A DNA stretch of 63,997 bases, the filler included, from Sphacelaria rigidula (Eukaryota), in assembly GCA_964200075.2 (NCBI GenBank). It is 4 parts of 4 records of this genome, joined end to end, with 100 filler letters (N's around TTAATTAATTAA, not from the genome) between each part and the next. Parts side by side here need not be neighbours in the genome. Positions count along the whole stretch, not along the records: positions 1 to 16,039 come from CAXNAA020001510.1; positions 16,140 to 32,168 come from CAXNAA020001511.1; 2 more parts are not named here. One strand, given 5' to 3'. Below are positions 14,926-26,525 of this stretch, piece after piece. Below the pieces are notes generated by a model. It saw nothing but the letters and a program-made list of their open reading frames with translations. It made no database searches and had not been told where the DNA came from. The position numbers and the translations under genes were made by a program. Every line of letters starts with the position of its first letter. Positions within the stretch are counted from its first letter, which is position 1.

Positions 14926-15679
14926 CTGCAGCACAAAAAACCCGACGCAGGTAGTAGGAAAGTGCGGTCGTGGCGGAAACGGCGGATGACCATGATGATG
15001 AAGTCGTTGACTCATGACCGAAAGACAGACTACAACGGTACGTGGAAGCAAAAAACGCCGTGCAGCGAGGGCTCGACAGAATCAGAAACATGAGGTGATC
15101 GATCTGCAGCATGTAGATCATCTTGCGTTGTTACACGAGAGGCGCTACCCAGTTTCCAAGATTTAAACCAAGTTTTTTTTGGTTGAAAGCGAATATTCGC
15201 AGAAAGGTATCGCTCGTACTGGCTATCACGATGGACCAGAGATGTACATCGGTTATGAGCAGATATCGACATGTCCATACATCACAGCATCAGTTATCAT
15301 ATCACCATGACTTGAAAAAACGATATACTTCCTCTGTCCCATAAGTCTGGGTTGTTATGGACGTGTAATTGTTTGCGCACTCATACTTTTCCGATCATCC
15401 TATAGTTAGGTTCGTTGGAACGATGACGTCTCAACGAAGCTGGTGCAAAAAAAAAGAAGAAGTTGGTTGTCCACACTAAAATGAAGTCAAAATATGCCCA
15501 TTTTGGCCCATTTTTGAGAACTCGTGTTTACCACCCCTAGATCTAGCCCACAGACAACACCATACCATGGCCTTGCCCCCAAGTACCCCCCCCCCCGTTG
15601 CAAGGGCGGCGAGCTATCCGTGGGCCGCCGCATTGCTATCGCGGTGGAGGTTGCGAGGACAACTAATCGTTCGTTTTCC

Positions 15680-15974
15680 CCTGGGGACCCGCAAGTGTAT
15701 TGGTTTTAGTGTGGAACCCCCAAGTATACTGATTTTAGTGTGGAACCCCCAAGTGTACTGTTTTTAGTATAGGGGACGCGACATGGATCGTTGAGTTGGA
15801 ACGTTGAGTAGAGGGGGGGCTACTGTTGTTTGTTTTGCCCCCCAAGTGTCTTGGTTTCAGTGTGGGACCCCCAAGTGTCTTGTTTTCAGTGTGGGGTTAC
15901 TATTATACTGTTTTTAGTATGGGGGACGCGACACGGATTGTTGAGTTGGAGCGTTGAGTAAAGGGGGGGGCTAC
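15680..15974. repeat. About 29-bp minisatellite in a two-block higher-order arrangement
   Basis: Units like GTGTGGAACCCCCAAGTGTACTGTTTTTA; each block closes with GGGGACGCGACA.GGAT.GTTGAGTTGGA.CGTTGAGTA.AGGGGGGG. Confidence 0.75.
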
Positions 15975-16039
15975 TAACAGCCGATTTTATATTTTGGGGT
16001 TCAAACGAAATATGGGGCTGAAGTGGCATGATCTGTCTT

Positions 16040-16139
16040 NNNNNNNNNNNNNNNNNNNNNNNNNNNNNNNNNNNNNNNNNNNNTTAATTAATTAANNNNN
16101 NNNNNNNNNNNNNNNNNNNNNNNNNNNNNNNNNNNNNNN
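16040..16139. other. Artificial contig spacer
   Basis: 44 N + TTAATTAATTAA (stops in all six frames) + 44 N. Confidence 0.97.
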
Positions 16140-16269
16140 TAAGTCAAAATGATGCCGATTCACAAAGATTCACAAAACAAGAATCAGCACTTGAGTTCCC
16201 AAAGGGTTAAAAAAAGGTGCTTGCAAGTTTGCGCATGTTCGGGGTTTCGCGCGTTCCGTTTTTGATGAG

Positions 16270-16660
16270 TGCACAAGCGGCCATTCGGCTACCTCCATAC
16301 AAACCCTTGATCGTTTTTTTTTCATCCTCTCGAAGGTGAAATACCCTCTCGAAGGTATCTCATTCCCAGGTGCGGTCATGAACGAATCCTCTGGAGGGCA
16401 TCTGGTGCTCTTGTGACTTCCGAGGTCTACATCCCTCGAGAGTAACAACAAAGATGGTGCTCTGGAGGGCCGCGCATCCTCCGAATTCCGCCGGAGGGAT
16501 GCGCGGCCTTCCAGAGGCAAACCAAGCCTCTGGGGGCGTTTGATCCCACCCCTCCGGAGGGCTGCGCACCCTCTGGAGGCGTTTCATTCCTCTGAAAGCT
16601 CGAAAATTTGACCGGAACAGAGGATTTTCGAAGGTAGCCGAATGGTCGCGTGTGTGCGCA
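16270..16660. mobile_element. Non-autonomous DNA element with inverted ends and internal CCTCTGGAGG-like palindromic repeats
   Basis: GCGGCCATTCGGCTACCT (about 16277) is inverted relative to AGGTAGCCGAATGGTCGC (about 16632); many CCTC(T/C)GGAGG motifs lie between. Confidence 0.55.
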
Positions 16661-17541
16661 GAGTCGTGGTACGCGCTCATTCGATTGAAAGACACAGAAT
16701 AATGGCCGTTAAGAGAAATATAACCAATACTACACCCGACCCGCTATGATCAACCACCTCTTCTTGTACGATGACGAAAGATTCTCGTTACACAGCTGCA
16801 TCACCGCATGCCATCGCTGCTGTATACATCATGCATCCACTGCTGTAAACTGGAAAGTACCGTAGTAGGTTACAAAAGATACCACACCCTCAGGAGCAAT
16901 TTTCAAAGCTCGATTTCTACATAACGAAGAGGGTGCCAACATGAAACGACACGTTTTGGAACGCTCTCGACGAGATGGTTGCAACATCACCCAGTTCAGC
17001 CCCCGCGTCGTTTCTGGTGGGAAGTAAATGCGCTTTGAAAAACAGTCTAGGGGATATGGTATCGTATTGCAACCTACAATAATAGTAAGTGAGGGTACCA
17101 GTGTCCCGCTCGGTCTTGTACACTGCAGCCGTACCAAAACAGCCGTATCGTATGGATACCCGATACTCGATACTGTACGTATCGTGTCATTTTCGGAACA
17201 TCAACGAAAATATCGGTATCGCCGGTTGTGGGTCGATATTCTAAAATATCGCATCGCACTTTACTCTCGGCCCGATATGCAACCCTGGTTTGAGGCGAAA
17301 ATGTTTCATATTTGAGAGTGCTTCGAAATAAAACACAGTAGTAGTGCAAGAAGATGGGGCGCTTGCAGGTTGGGCTAAAATATTGAACACAAGACTGCTG
17401 TGCTGCTGCGGTGGGCTTGCGTATGCGTGCTGGTGCAGTCCACTTTGTTCCATCGACAAATTTCAGCCGACGTCAAAGGGTTAACGCTTAGACCGCGATG
17501 CGGGTAGTCCATCTGGATCACGCATACTTTTCCCAGTGTAA

Positions 17542-17645
17542 CCCTTTGACCACGAGGGTAGGTCAGCTGGTGAACCGGCATCAATATTTTCAAGTTAACT
17601 AGATGCCGATTCAACAGATGGTGACCTACTCTCGCAGTTCAAGGG
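17542..17645. mobile_element. About 100-bp piggyBac-like MITE
   Basis: GTAA|CCCTTTGACC...GTTCAAGGG|TTAA, nested in a related copy starting after TTAA at 17481. Relatives at 33365, 48730 and about 53754. Confidence 0.65.
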
Positions 17646-17814
17646 TTAAATACCACCGCAAAAATCAACTAATCATGACTACTTGATCAACTCACGTGGT
17701 GTTGATTACGTGATTTACATCAACTGAACATGATCAGAACAAGCCGATTTGGAGGGAAACATCAAACATCAAATCGACCCCCGGCAACATTTATGAGCAA
17801 CCCCACATATGGCT

Positions 17815-18255
17815 GAATCAGCCGTTCATCGAAAATGAGGATGGAGCTCATCATTGAGGATGAGAACCCGGAGGACTAAAATCTTGGTATCCACACCAAA
17901 TCTTCGAAATATGGTTCCATTATTTCACCTACTGGTAGCCATTGACAACTGCTACACGCCCTACAAATTAATAATTCGATTACTAATAGGTTGGGGTCCT
18001 AGATTGAGAAACAATTTCGGGGGATTTAGGTGATCCAATCGGATCCCCGAAATTCCCCGAAATTTGTTTTTCACCTAGGACCCCTACATTTCGTTTGTCG
18101 GCATCCAAGTTTGTACGACGTGTAGTACTTGTCAATAGCTACCAGTGGGTGAAGGAATATAACCATATTTCGATGATTTGGTATGGAAAAGAATTATCCT
18201 CCGGATTCTCATCCTCAATAAAAAGCTCCATACTCGATTTCGATGATCGGTTGTT
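17815..18255. mobile_element. Foldback element of about 440 bp (almost fully palindromic)
   Basis: ATTGAGGATGAGAACCCGGAGGA...TTCACCTACTGGTAGCCATTGACAA is inverted relative to TTGTCAATAGCTACCAGTGGGTGAA...TCCTCCGGATTCTCATCCTCAAT; centre near 18035. Confidence 0.8.
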
Positions 18256-20384
18256 CTGACTTGGTGAGCTTCTTCGGCTGCTCTGCGGACAGACACCCCT
18301 CTCACCCTAGAACCCCCCGCCCCAGTTACCGGAAACCCCTCAATGTCTCCGGACTGTCAGCCTGTGAACCTGTTCCGAGGCGACGCTCGCTGTTCAAGGG
18401 TAGACAGCGAAGCGTTGCTACATATACCCCGTCGCTCAGGGGACCCGCGTTGCAGAGCGTGGTGTGTACCGGAATAGACAGCATCATGGTCACTGCCTTG
18501 TGCTCTGTTTCTTCGTTATGCAGACTCTACCTTCATCGCCACATACATGCGGCCTGCCGTCTGTACATCACCTCTGCGTTTGTCTGTACATCACCTCTGC
18601 GTTTAGTATTGTGTTCGTTTACGAGTGAATATTGAATGGACACGATTCCACTTGAAACAAGAACGGGACCCGTATGACCCACCGTGTAGGCTCGACGGCG
18701 AACTTTTAGGGCTGGGCGCAGGACGAGTTCACGCTCTCCAAAGGTTTCTTGTTATCTGGTCCAAGGTGACACCCACAGATGATGCGAACATTGCGAAGGA
18801 CCGCAGTGGGAAAGACAAGACAACTCTTTATTGAACTGTACTGTTCTACATCGTGCTGCGTTGTCCTGTACCGTACTGTGCCTTGTTCGGCTTTGTCTAT
18901 CTATTATTACAACCACCTTCAGGGAGAGGAATCTGTCGTGCATTGGCATAATTTGGACTTGAAGGGTGAATGCAAGGCCCAGATGATCCTCGGTAGAGTC
19001 TCACAGGTTCAACGCTTTCCAGAGGTTTCCTGTAATCTGATCATCGGTGATACCAATAGAATAAGGGAACGGGAAGAAGCGGGGGAAAAGATAATACAAC
19101 ACTGCACTGTACCATGCAGCTTTTGGACTGCATTGTACTACTGTTGTACTCTTCGTTTTAGCAAAGCTTGGTCTGTCGTCACCCTCAGGGTGGGTCCTCT
19201 GCATCGTTTTTTTTACTTTGAACATGACATGCCTTTACAGACAGTGCGCCCATGAGCAATGTACATGCATCTTGTGAACAGCTCGCATCTCATACAGTAC
19301 CGTCCGTAACGATGGTACATACAGCAGCGCAGTTGAGCGTAATATACTTTCATCCACGCAGGGCCTGTCGTGTCACGAGACCGTCCGATCTGCACAGAGA
19401 TGGAGTTTTGTGAGTACAGTACCCTCACAAAATGGTGTGGGGGTGCAACCGACCGTATCTCCACGGACGATACATCGCAAGGTAGATCGGGTAGGGAAAC
19501 GGGCACAGCACCTCTGCATAGCGGATAGGGAAGTCTCGTGAAATGTGGAATTCAATCTATCAGAAGTCCTTCGGTGACGAATGACGGGAAGCTAACGCCT
19601 ACCAAATGCAACCTTCCTACTGCATCATGTACAGAAGAATTCTCACAGTTCTCTCGCCCAGTCAGACACACTGTGATGTAGGTACGGTACCCTGGCGGTG
19701 CAGTATAACCGCTCTATGCTGTGGGTTGATTGTGTCATCGGAGCACGGGGTCTCACCCAGACGGTCGAACGGTATATACCAGCGCTGGCTGTGTGTCTTT
19801 ACCGAGCCGTGTTCGGTATGGCCCGAATGATGGGTCTGGGGAGCACCTTGTCCGTTTTAGGGAAGACGAAACAGTCCATAAATACTGTTGTACTGTCTCT
19901 GTCGACCACACCGCGTCGAGAATGATACCATGTTGTATATTCTTCAGAGAGACTAAATCAAAAGTACAGCACCTCAGGCAATCTCAACGGACCGCCAACG
20001 GCCTTCGCAACCTCTCAAGACACCACAGAAGAGTCATAGCCACAGCGCACAACAGGACTTGAGTGTCTTGTGTGCAGCACTGTGAAATGCGACCTGTCAC
20101 ATGCTTTTGTTCTTCGCCTGATTTTCAACGGGGTTTAAGCATCGTTTACCGGGCGTCAATCTTGAACGCCGTTGCGCACCTGATATCGCACCGAGCTGTG
20201 TCTATATACATGCTAGGCCATCAAATTTTCCCTCCAAAGAGAGCGCCCGCCAGCATTTCGGCCTTCAGTCCGTGCCTCGGCGTGTTTTTGCCTAGGGCAA
20301 GGGCTGCCATATTTCCGGGCGTGGTCTGGGTTGTATCTGTTCGAAAAGGGCAAAAAAATGTTACCGATTTTTTTTTTTTAAATG

Positions 20385-20720
20385 GCGGAGTCTCTGGTCG
20401 ATCGACAAGCCCATCGATCAGTCCGTATTGTTACGGTCCCCGGCCGATGATGTCTAAAATTATGATCGTAACTGCTCCCATTCAGCCGATATATCTCCAG
20501 GGGCATCAACCATGGGAGGGGGTATGGACCCTGGACACAAATGACGTCATCCACTAGGAAAAAAAAAGGATCTCGCCTCAGTGGTCGTTCGACAAGGTCT
20601 TCGACCAGTCCGTATCGTAACGGTCCAGGGCCGACGATGCCTGAAGTTCTAGTCGTAGCTGCCCCAATGCAGCCAATATATCTCCGTGCGCATCAACCAT
20701 GGCTGGGGGTACGGGTCCTT
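20385..20720. repeat. Diverged tandem duplication, unit about 190 bp
   Basis: TGGTCG.TCGACAAG...CAGTCCGTAT...CAGCC.ATATATCTCC...GCATCAACCATGG occurs twice. Confidence 0.7.
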
Positions 20721-20872
20721 TCACGCGAGGACCCTGGGGGCACGGACTCCTTCACGCGACAAGCCTGCGATAGGATCACACCCCTTCTTGCAACGACCAC
20801 TGACGACCGAAAACCTTCTCACGAGGACCCTTTTACGACCAGATCGATTATCTTGAATCGATTTTCTCTGGT

Positions 20873-21048
20873 CGCAAGCGATACTATCGTGATACTATCG
20901 CTCTAGACAGGAATGATTCTGATGCTATCGCAATGGTATCGCGATGGGAAAAAGCAATTCCTCTCTATCGCAATGTTGTCGCGATGCTATCGCGACAGCA
21001 TCCAAGCCATCCCTGTCTATGGCGATAGTATCGCGATACCATCGCGAG
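20873..21048. mobile_element. Small palindromic MITE-like element rich in TATCG/CGATA
   Basis: GCGATACTATCGTGATACTATCGCTCTAGACAGG is inverted relative to CCTGTCTATGGCGATAGTATCGCGATACCATCGC. Confidence 0.7.
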
Positions 21049-21064
21049 GGTAAAATGAGCCTGA

Positions 21065-21363
21065 GGCCGTTTCTTCCGGTTCGTATTTTGTTTGGCTCGT
21101 ATTTTCCACTTTTAGGACATTTGATAAGGTTTTTATCCCCAAACAGGGAAAATCGCCACCACACGACTTGGACACTGTGTATCACCCCACCGAGAGGAGT
21201 CTAGCCCACTTTTCCGATTCGCTCGGGTCAGAGATTTTGAGAGCGGCCTCTGGGCAAAAATACGAGAAAAACATATATTGCACAGTGGGGGTCAAAAATC
21301 TTGTCAAATGTCCTAAAAGTGGAAAATACGAGCCAAACAAAATACGAACTGGAAGAGACGGCC
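21065..21363. mobile_element. PIF/Harbinger (Tourist-like) MITE
   Basis: About 75-bp TIRs GGCCGTTTCTTCCGGTTCGTATTTTG... with flanks TGA/TAA; a second copy at 55139-55530 has a perfect TAA TSD. Confidence 0.85.
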
Positions 21364-23314
21364 TAACCCTTTTGGAACTCACAATGGAAAATTGATCATT
21401 TGCAGTTGACGGTTTTTGAGCAAGATATGGTTGATGGTTCACAGCTTAGACGCAACAATATTCGCCCAACGCGTATTCTTCAGATCCGTGCGAGTGACAA
21501 GTGGAACAAGAAAAGGTTTCCTATTTTCTCGTTGCGGCGAGGTCCAGGACCCGTCGGTGTTTGTTTTCTACACTCGTGAGCTCCTTCCCCGGCCACAGTG
21601 CGCGGCGAGCCTCTGTGAAGCATGCTTCCCGCCTGACCTGCACGCCTTTCTCGCTGCAGTTTATACTCTTTGTAGCGTCATAGCAACAACGGCAACGCCG
21701 ATGACACACGCGCCATATTTTTAAACTGGCGGTGTAATACAATTCCAGGCAGTCACCTTCCCGTGCCGCCGAGGGTGCTGCGATACTGCCCTGTACAGAA
21801 CTGGGTGTGTTTACAGCAGTTTGAGGTAATTTCGGCCACGGACTCACGTCATGCACAACAACGCTCATGCACGTTCCGACAGCACCATCCCGCCGTTTGA
21901 AGAAATCCGTAAAGGCGACGCCGACGCCATGTGCCCTGCGGTTATGCACCGTCACTGTGGTGTAGGCTGGATCTGCCGAGTGCCGTCGCCCCAGGGGTGA
22001 TGTCTTACTGCTTGGTGTTATGTCTGTATCATACTTTGAAAATATCTCCGTAAAACGCGAGGCATGCACAGAACTGCACTCTGCCAAGCATGTGCCGACA
22101 ACATCATACTGCGGGTTGACTATTTTACAACGGCGTAGCGAAAGGCATAGTTGACCCACCACATCTATACCGCGTGTTGATCGTTCCCGACCGTTGCACA
22201 GACATACTTCATGCTGCATGAGATTCATGACGCCGGCTACAGCTGTCGTCTCGTACCATCTACGCTCGCGGCCGACCTTTCACGACATGCTCGTGTTTAT
22301 CTTACACGGAGTGTCGCCGTCAGTGAATACTGTTACTTACTGTATCTACTGACTAGTGTTCTTCATCTGGCGTGATTACGGTAGGCGGTGCCCGTTGGCT
22401 CCCTCCCGTGTGCATGTAGATCGCCTGTGCGGATGCCTGCGATTACGCCCGCCATGTACCGCCCGCATAACCCACTGTGCCTTCCACATTTAGTGACGGG
22501 ATTTCGCTAGGTTCAGCCACACTATGCTGTATGTACGATTTGGCTTGATAAACTCGCCACCTGATACTACAGCCCGTCAAAGCGGTGCTGCCCTCATCTT
22601 CAAATAAATGCTGATATACCGACGTGCCTGGTTGGACCCTGGAACCCATCTTTGTTTTTTGAATGGAATGTTTCAAAGTGGTTTTGCTGATTATTGTCGA
22701 TGGATACAATTGGACACACTTCATCCGTTGCGTGGTATGATCGCACAAACCTAATTCGACCTCTCCAGGGAGGACATTCTTCTTCGGTCTTCCATCATGA
22801 AAATGGTTGCCGTCGGCCTTTCCTGTTTCCATTTTTTCCTCTTGGTCAGGGGTTCTCATAATGAGGAGTTTGGCCGTGGGACAGGAGGGGAGGGTTCCAA
22901 AAGGGTTAAATGGGCCATGCCATAATATGTGGTATACTGTTCCACGGTGGGGGGGCATATTTTTTCTGAAGATGTGTACTGGCGGCGCATCCGAATGAAC
23001 TTTACAATAAACAGTATTTATTCAGTATTCCTCATATGCCAACCCGTATGGCCCTGGTACAATGTGCATCTTCACAGGTCCGTATGTTGACTGTTGACTG
23101 TAGCGGCTACACGAAGTGCATCAAGTCATTGGCGCTGCACACATGACGTCATGACTGACCTGTATGACCCGAGTATCCGTAAAAACCTGCCACGAGTGAT
23201 TTGTATGATGTTTGAATCCATAAATCACTTCCTTGGGCACATCTATGTAATCCGAATCAGGTGTACCCGAAACGTCAAGAGCCTGTGTATACTTATAACC
23301 CGTACAAGATACCA

Positions 23315-23810
23315 AGGTTGTGTTCTGTAAGGTGCGGGTACGTTTTGTAGGGTATGAGGTTCCTTACAGAACTTACAGAACTGTCGGGTACCGGTATGAA
23401 AGTCTCACATAAATTACAGAACTTGTCGGGTACGGTACGGGAGACCTACAGAAAACCGATACCGGCAATCGGGTAACTCTTCTAGGGATACCCGCCCCTC
23501 GGGTTAGGGTAAACGTTCTGTACAGAACTCACAGAACTGTCGGGTAAGGATATGGGAGGCTTACAGAACTCACAGTACCTCCTCGGGTGGGGTATGGAGG
23601 TTGCACAGATGACCGTGCCCGCACCCGGGTATCTTACCAAGAGCATACCCGTACCCCCCGGTAACGGTACGGGAGGCTAAAAGAACTCACAGAACTATCG
23701 GGTACGGATATGTAGGTCTTACAGAGTTCACAGAACTGTCGAGTACGGTAAATATTTGATGGGCGAAATACCCCGGGTATACAGAAACCGTACCCTACAA
23801 AACGACCTTT
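23315..23810. mobile_element. Non-autonomous element with short inverted ends and internal ACAGAACTCACAGAACTGTCGGGTA repeats
   Basis: CGTTTTGTAGGGTA (about 23341) is inverted relative to TACCCTACAAAACG (about 23791); the internal motif recurs several times; no clear TSD. Confidence 0.6.
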
Positions 23811-24711
23811 GTATTATCATCACCCCTGCAGTGGGACCTACGTCACAACAACAGAGGCAAGATACAGATGAGATTCACGAGAACTCTGAACGGCCTTCAC
23901 GGCGTTGATAGAGAAAGACTACCGGACAGTCGCAGTAGTACATGGATCAACATCTATGGGTTTCAAGTGCACACTCTCTCTCAGAGAGTACATGAAGCGT
24001 TGACAGCCGCCCGTCCTCTGAAAGCCCTTCAGCACGAGACAAAAGCGCTGACGGCCTTGGCTGACAGCTTATATACTCTTGCTGTACATGTCAAGAACGG
24101 CCTGGAGTTCGATGACCACGACTCAACCATCAACGTCGATGACGTGCGTCTTGCTACTCGACCCTTTGGTGGCGCAGATAAACCACCCCCGCTCGAGCCA
24201 CTACTCGGAAGTCTGGGGATGATCCATCCTGACGGTCTGCAGGACTGATCATGTTTTGTGTTTCCACTCAGCGGTATGTCACATGCCGTCGGATCCCGAA
24301 CTAAAGAACTTTTTAACAGTGAATGATTGTTGAACATTACATGATTGTTGGTGTGCAGTTTTGGATGAAGGAGTTGTCGACAAGCTACTGCGCTTGCCTG
24401 ACCCAAGTGATATCACAGCTGTGATGTACTGATGACATGGGTTTGCACATCAGTTGCACACGAAAAGTGTGCGTGTGAAGTGGGCCGTACTGCTCATCGC
24501 TCGGCAAACATGTACGGATGGCACTCACCTCGGAAGGATCGTGATCTTTGCCCCCAAATGAGCTGACCCCGATCTGTAACGAGCTGATCCGTTACACATG
24601 TGGTTGCTGCAGTCATCATTCGCACCAGTTGGGGGTACCGTGCTGTATCGAGGTGCGTGTCCATGGTTTGGGTACAGCTGTCAAAAGAAGCCGAATTTTC
24701 GATTTTGAAAT

Positions 24712-24735
24712 GGTGGTGTTGAGTAAACACCAGGG
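24712..24735 (-). promoter_or_regulatory. Histone 3' stem-loop-like element (H2A)
   Basis: CCCTGGTGTTTACTCAACACCACC about 78 nt after the H2A stop; identical to the element after H2B. Confidence 0.8.
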
Positions 24736-24812
24736 GTTTGTCTTGACCACCTTGCGGCGGGCATAGAAGTTCTGCTATGGGCCCAGATTTCACATGATGA
24801 TTCCAGAGAAGC

Positions 24813-25190
24813 TCAGTCCTTCTTCACGACCTTCTTCGGCAGAAGGACAGCGTGGATGTTGGGCAGCACGCCGCCCGATGCGATCGTCACTTCGCCGAGC
24901 AGTTTGTTCAGCTCTTCGTCGTTACGGACAGCCAGCTGGATGTGGCGGGGCACGATACGGGCCTTCTTGTTGTCGCGTGCGGCGTTACCAGCCAGCTCCA
25001 GGACCTCGGCAGTCAGGTACTCCAGAACAGCTGCCAGGTACACGGGGGCACCGGCGCCCACACGAGACGCGTACTTGCCCTTCTTGAGGAAACGGCCGAT
25101 ACGGCCGACCGGGAACTGCAGGCCCGCCTTAGCAGACCTGGTCACCGACTTCTTGCCCTCACCGCGTCCGCCCTTTCCCTTACCAGACAT
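24813..25190 (-). CDS. H2A: Histone H2A, canonical type, intronless, 125 aa
   Basis: [10 protein letters not shown]...[15 protein letters not shown]...[30 protein letters not shown]...[18 protein letters not shown] at 25190; no C-terminal SQ motif. Confidence 0.98.
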   Translation of the reverse strand: MSGKGKGGRGEGKKSVTRSAKAGLQFPVGRIGRFLKKGKYASRVGAGAPVYLAAVLEYLTAEVLELAGNAARDNKKARIVPRHIQLAVRNDEELNKLLGEVTIASGGVLPNIHAVLLPKKVVKKD

Positions 25191-25556
25191 GATTGATGTT
25201 CCTGGTTGATTGCAGTGTGTCGGAGATGTGTGTTGTGGTGCTGGATGGAAGTGTGGGGAGGTGGGGAGGTCACGGGAGCACAACAGTGCAATCTGTCTGT
25301 CTGTTTATCAAAATTCAAATTTGAAAAGGTTCGAGAACGCCTCTATCGTGAAGCTTGAAAAATCGCTGATTGGCTCACATAAACGTGAGGTGCAAACAGG
25401 AACATTAAATAAACATGCTTCCTCCACTACCAATGTTGAATTTTGAACTCGATTTGCTGAACAGTGCAGTGTGCCCCTCGAGCTCCCCCCACACCCCATC
25501 ACAACCACATCTCACCGTACCCAACCTCAGCCACCGACACGTAACAAGAAGAAAAA
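25191..25556. promoter_or_regulatory. Bidirectional H2A/H2B promoter
   Basis: 366-bp divergent spacer; TTGAATTTTGA in opposite orientations at 25308-25318 and 25436-25446; CCAAT boxes at 25369-25373 (-) and 25430-25434 (+). Confidence 0.7.
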
Positions 25557-25907
25557 ATGGCCAAGACACCGTCGAAGAAGTCTGCGAAGGCCCCCAAGAA
25601 GGCCGGAGACAAGAAGAAGAAGGCCAAGAAGGTGGAGTCGTACTCGTCGTACATCTATAAGGTGCTGAAGCAGGTGCACCCCGACACGGGGATCTCCAAG
25701 CGCGGCATGTCCATCATGAACTCGTTTATCAACGACGTGTTCGAGCGTGTGGCAGGCGAGTCCGGCAAGCTGACCCGCTACAATAAGAAGTCCACCCTCT
25801 CTTCTCGCGAGGTGCAGACGGCCGTGCGCCTGATGCTCCCCGGAGAGTTGGCCAAGCACGCTGTGTCCGAGGGCACGAAGGCGGTCACCAAGTTTACTTC
25901 TTCCTAG
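25557..25907 (+). CDS. H2B: Histone H2B, intronless, 116 aa
   Basis: [38 protein letters not shown]...[32 protein letters not shown]. Confidence 0.98.
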   Translation: MAKTPSKKSAKAPKKAGDKKKKAKKVESYSSYIYKVLKQVHPDTGISKRGMSIMNSFINDVFERVAGESGKLTRYNKKSTLSSREVQTAVRLMLPGELAKHAVSEGTKAVTKFTSS

Positions 25908-26008
25908 ATCCGTCATCTGTAACGGTTCTTGATCCGACATCCACACGAGCAGAGGGCCTTGCGGAGCAGTAAATACTGTGACGCACCTCCCCCAGCTCTC
26001 TTGAACAA

Positions 26009-26032
26009 CCCTGGTGTTTACTCAACACCACC
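26009..26032 (+). promoter_or_regulatory. Histone 3' stem-loop-like element (H2B)
   Basis: CCCTGGTGTTTACTCAACACCACC about 101 nt after the stop; the stem is followed by ACCCA as in the canonical element. Confidence 0.8.
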
Positions 26033-26049
26033 CACAAGCAAAGAGAGAA

Positions 26050-26525
26050 GGCGCCCTTACATACAGGACCGTCCACCCCAACCATGCGGAGATGGGCTCG
26101 AAGACCCTGTCTGCCGCCATAACCGAAAGCACGAGGGGCATAAATGAGGAGTCATGGTGCAGCTCACTGGCGGGTGGGGGGCCTAGGGGTTACACAGAAG
26201 CGTCTTCGTCGGCCTTCAATACTCGTATGGTGCCGACCGTGCACCGTGACTGGTGCACCGCAGGGTGAAGTAGTCCCAACAGTCACAGCAATGTTATGGT
26301 TCAAAGTGACTGATGCAGCGATCCGCGAATGGTGCCAGCTGTGTACGTTCAAATGACGTTGCACAGGCTTCTTTCTGTTTCTGATACTGATCCGTAGGAC
26401 CCACTCGACCCGCACAGGTTGGCCGAGCGACGAGGTGCACGACCCGCTTCAAACAAACTTCCGTGTACAACTGATGTGTAGATCCGTGTCACCTGCTAAC
26501 ACGAGGTAACTCACGCCGGAGATTC
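26050..26525 (+). pseudogene. Degenerate fragment of a CRE/NeSL-like non-LTR retrotransposon (RT thumb region)
   Basis: Frameshifted motifs in the expected order: LTYRTVHP, SAAI...INEESW, RVGGLGV, ASSSAF, IRV...HAGD. Confidence 0.4.

Noticed and set aside
16084-16095. TTAATTAATTAA as a biological motif
   Set aside because: Synthetic six-frame stop linker inside the N spacers.
19380-19560. KDZ/CxC-type transposase fragment (GVL*V.YPH...SPRTI)
   Set aside because: It needs a stop and a frameshift within a very short match; too weak without a profile search.
25191-25283. 31-aa N-terminal extension of H2A in the ORF track
   Set aside because: It begins at a non-ATG codon; the canonical MSGKGK start is at 25190.
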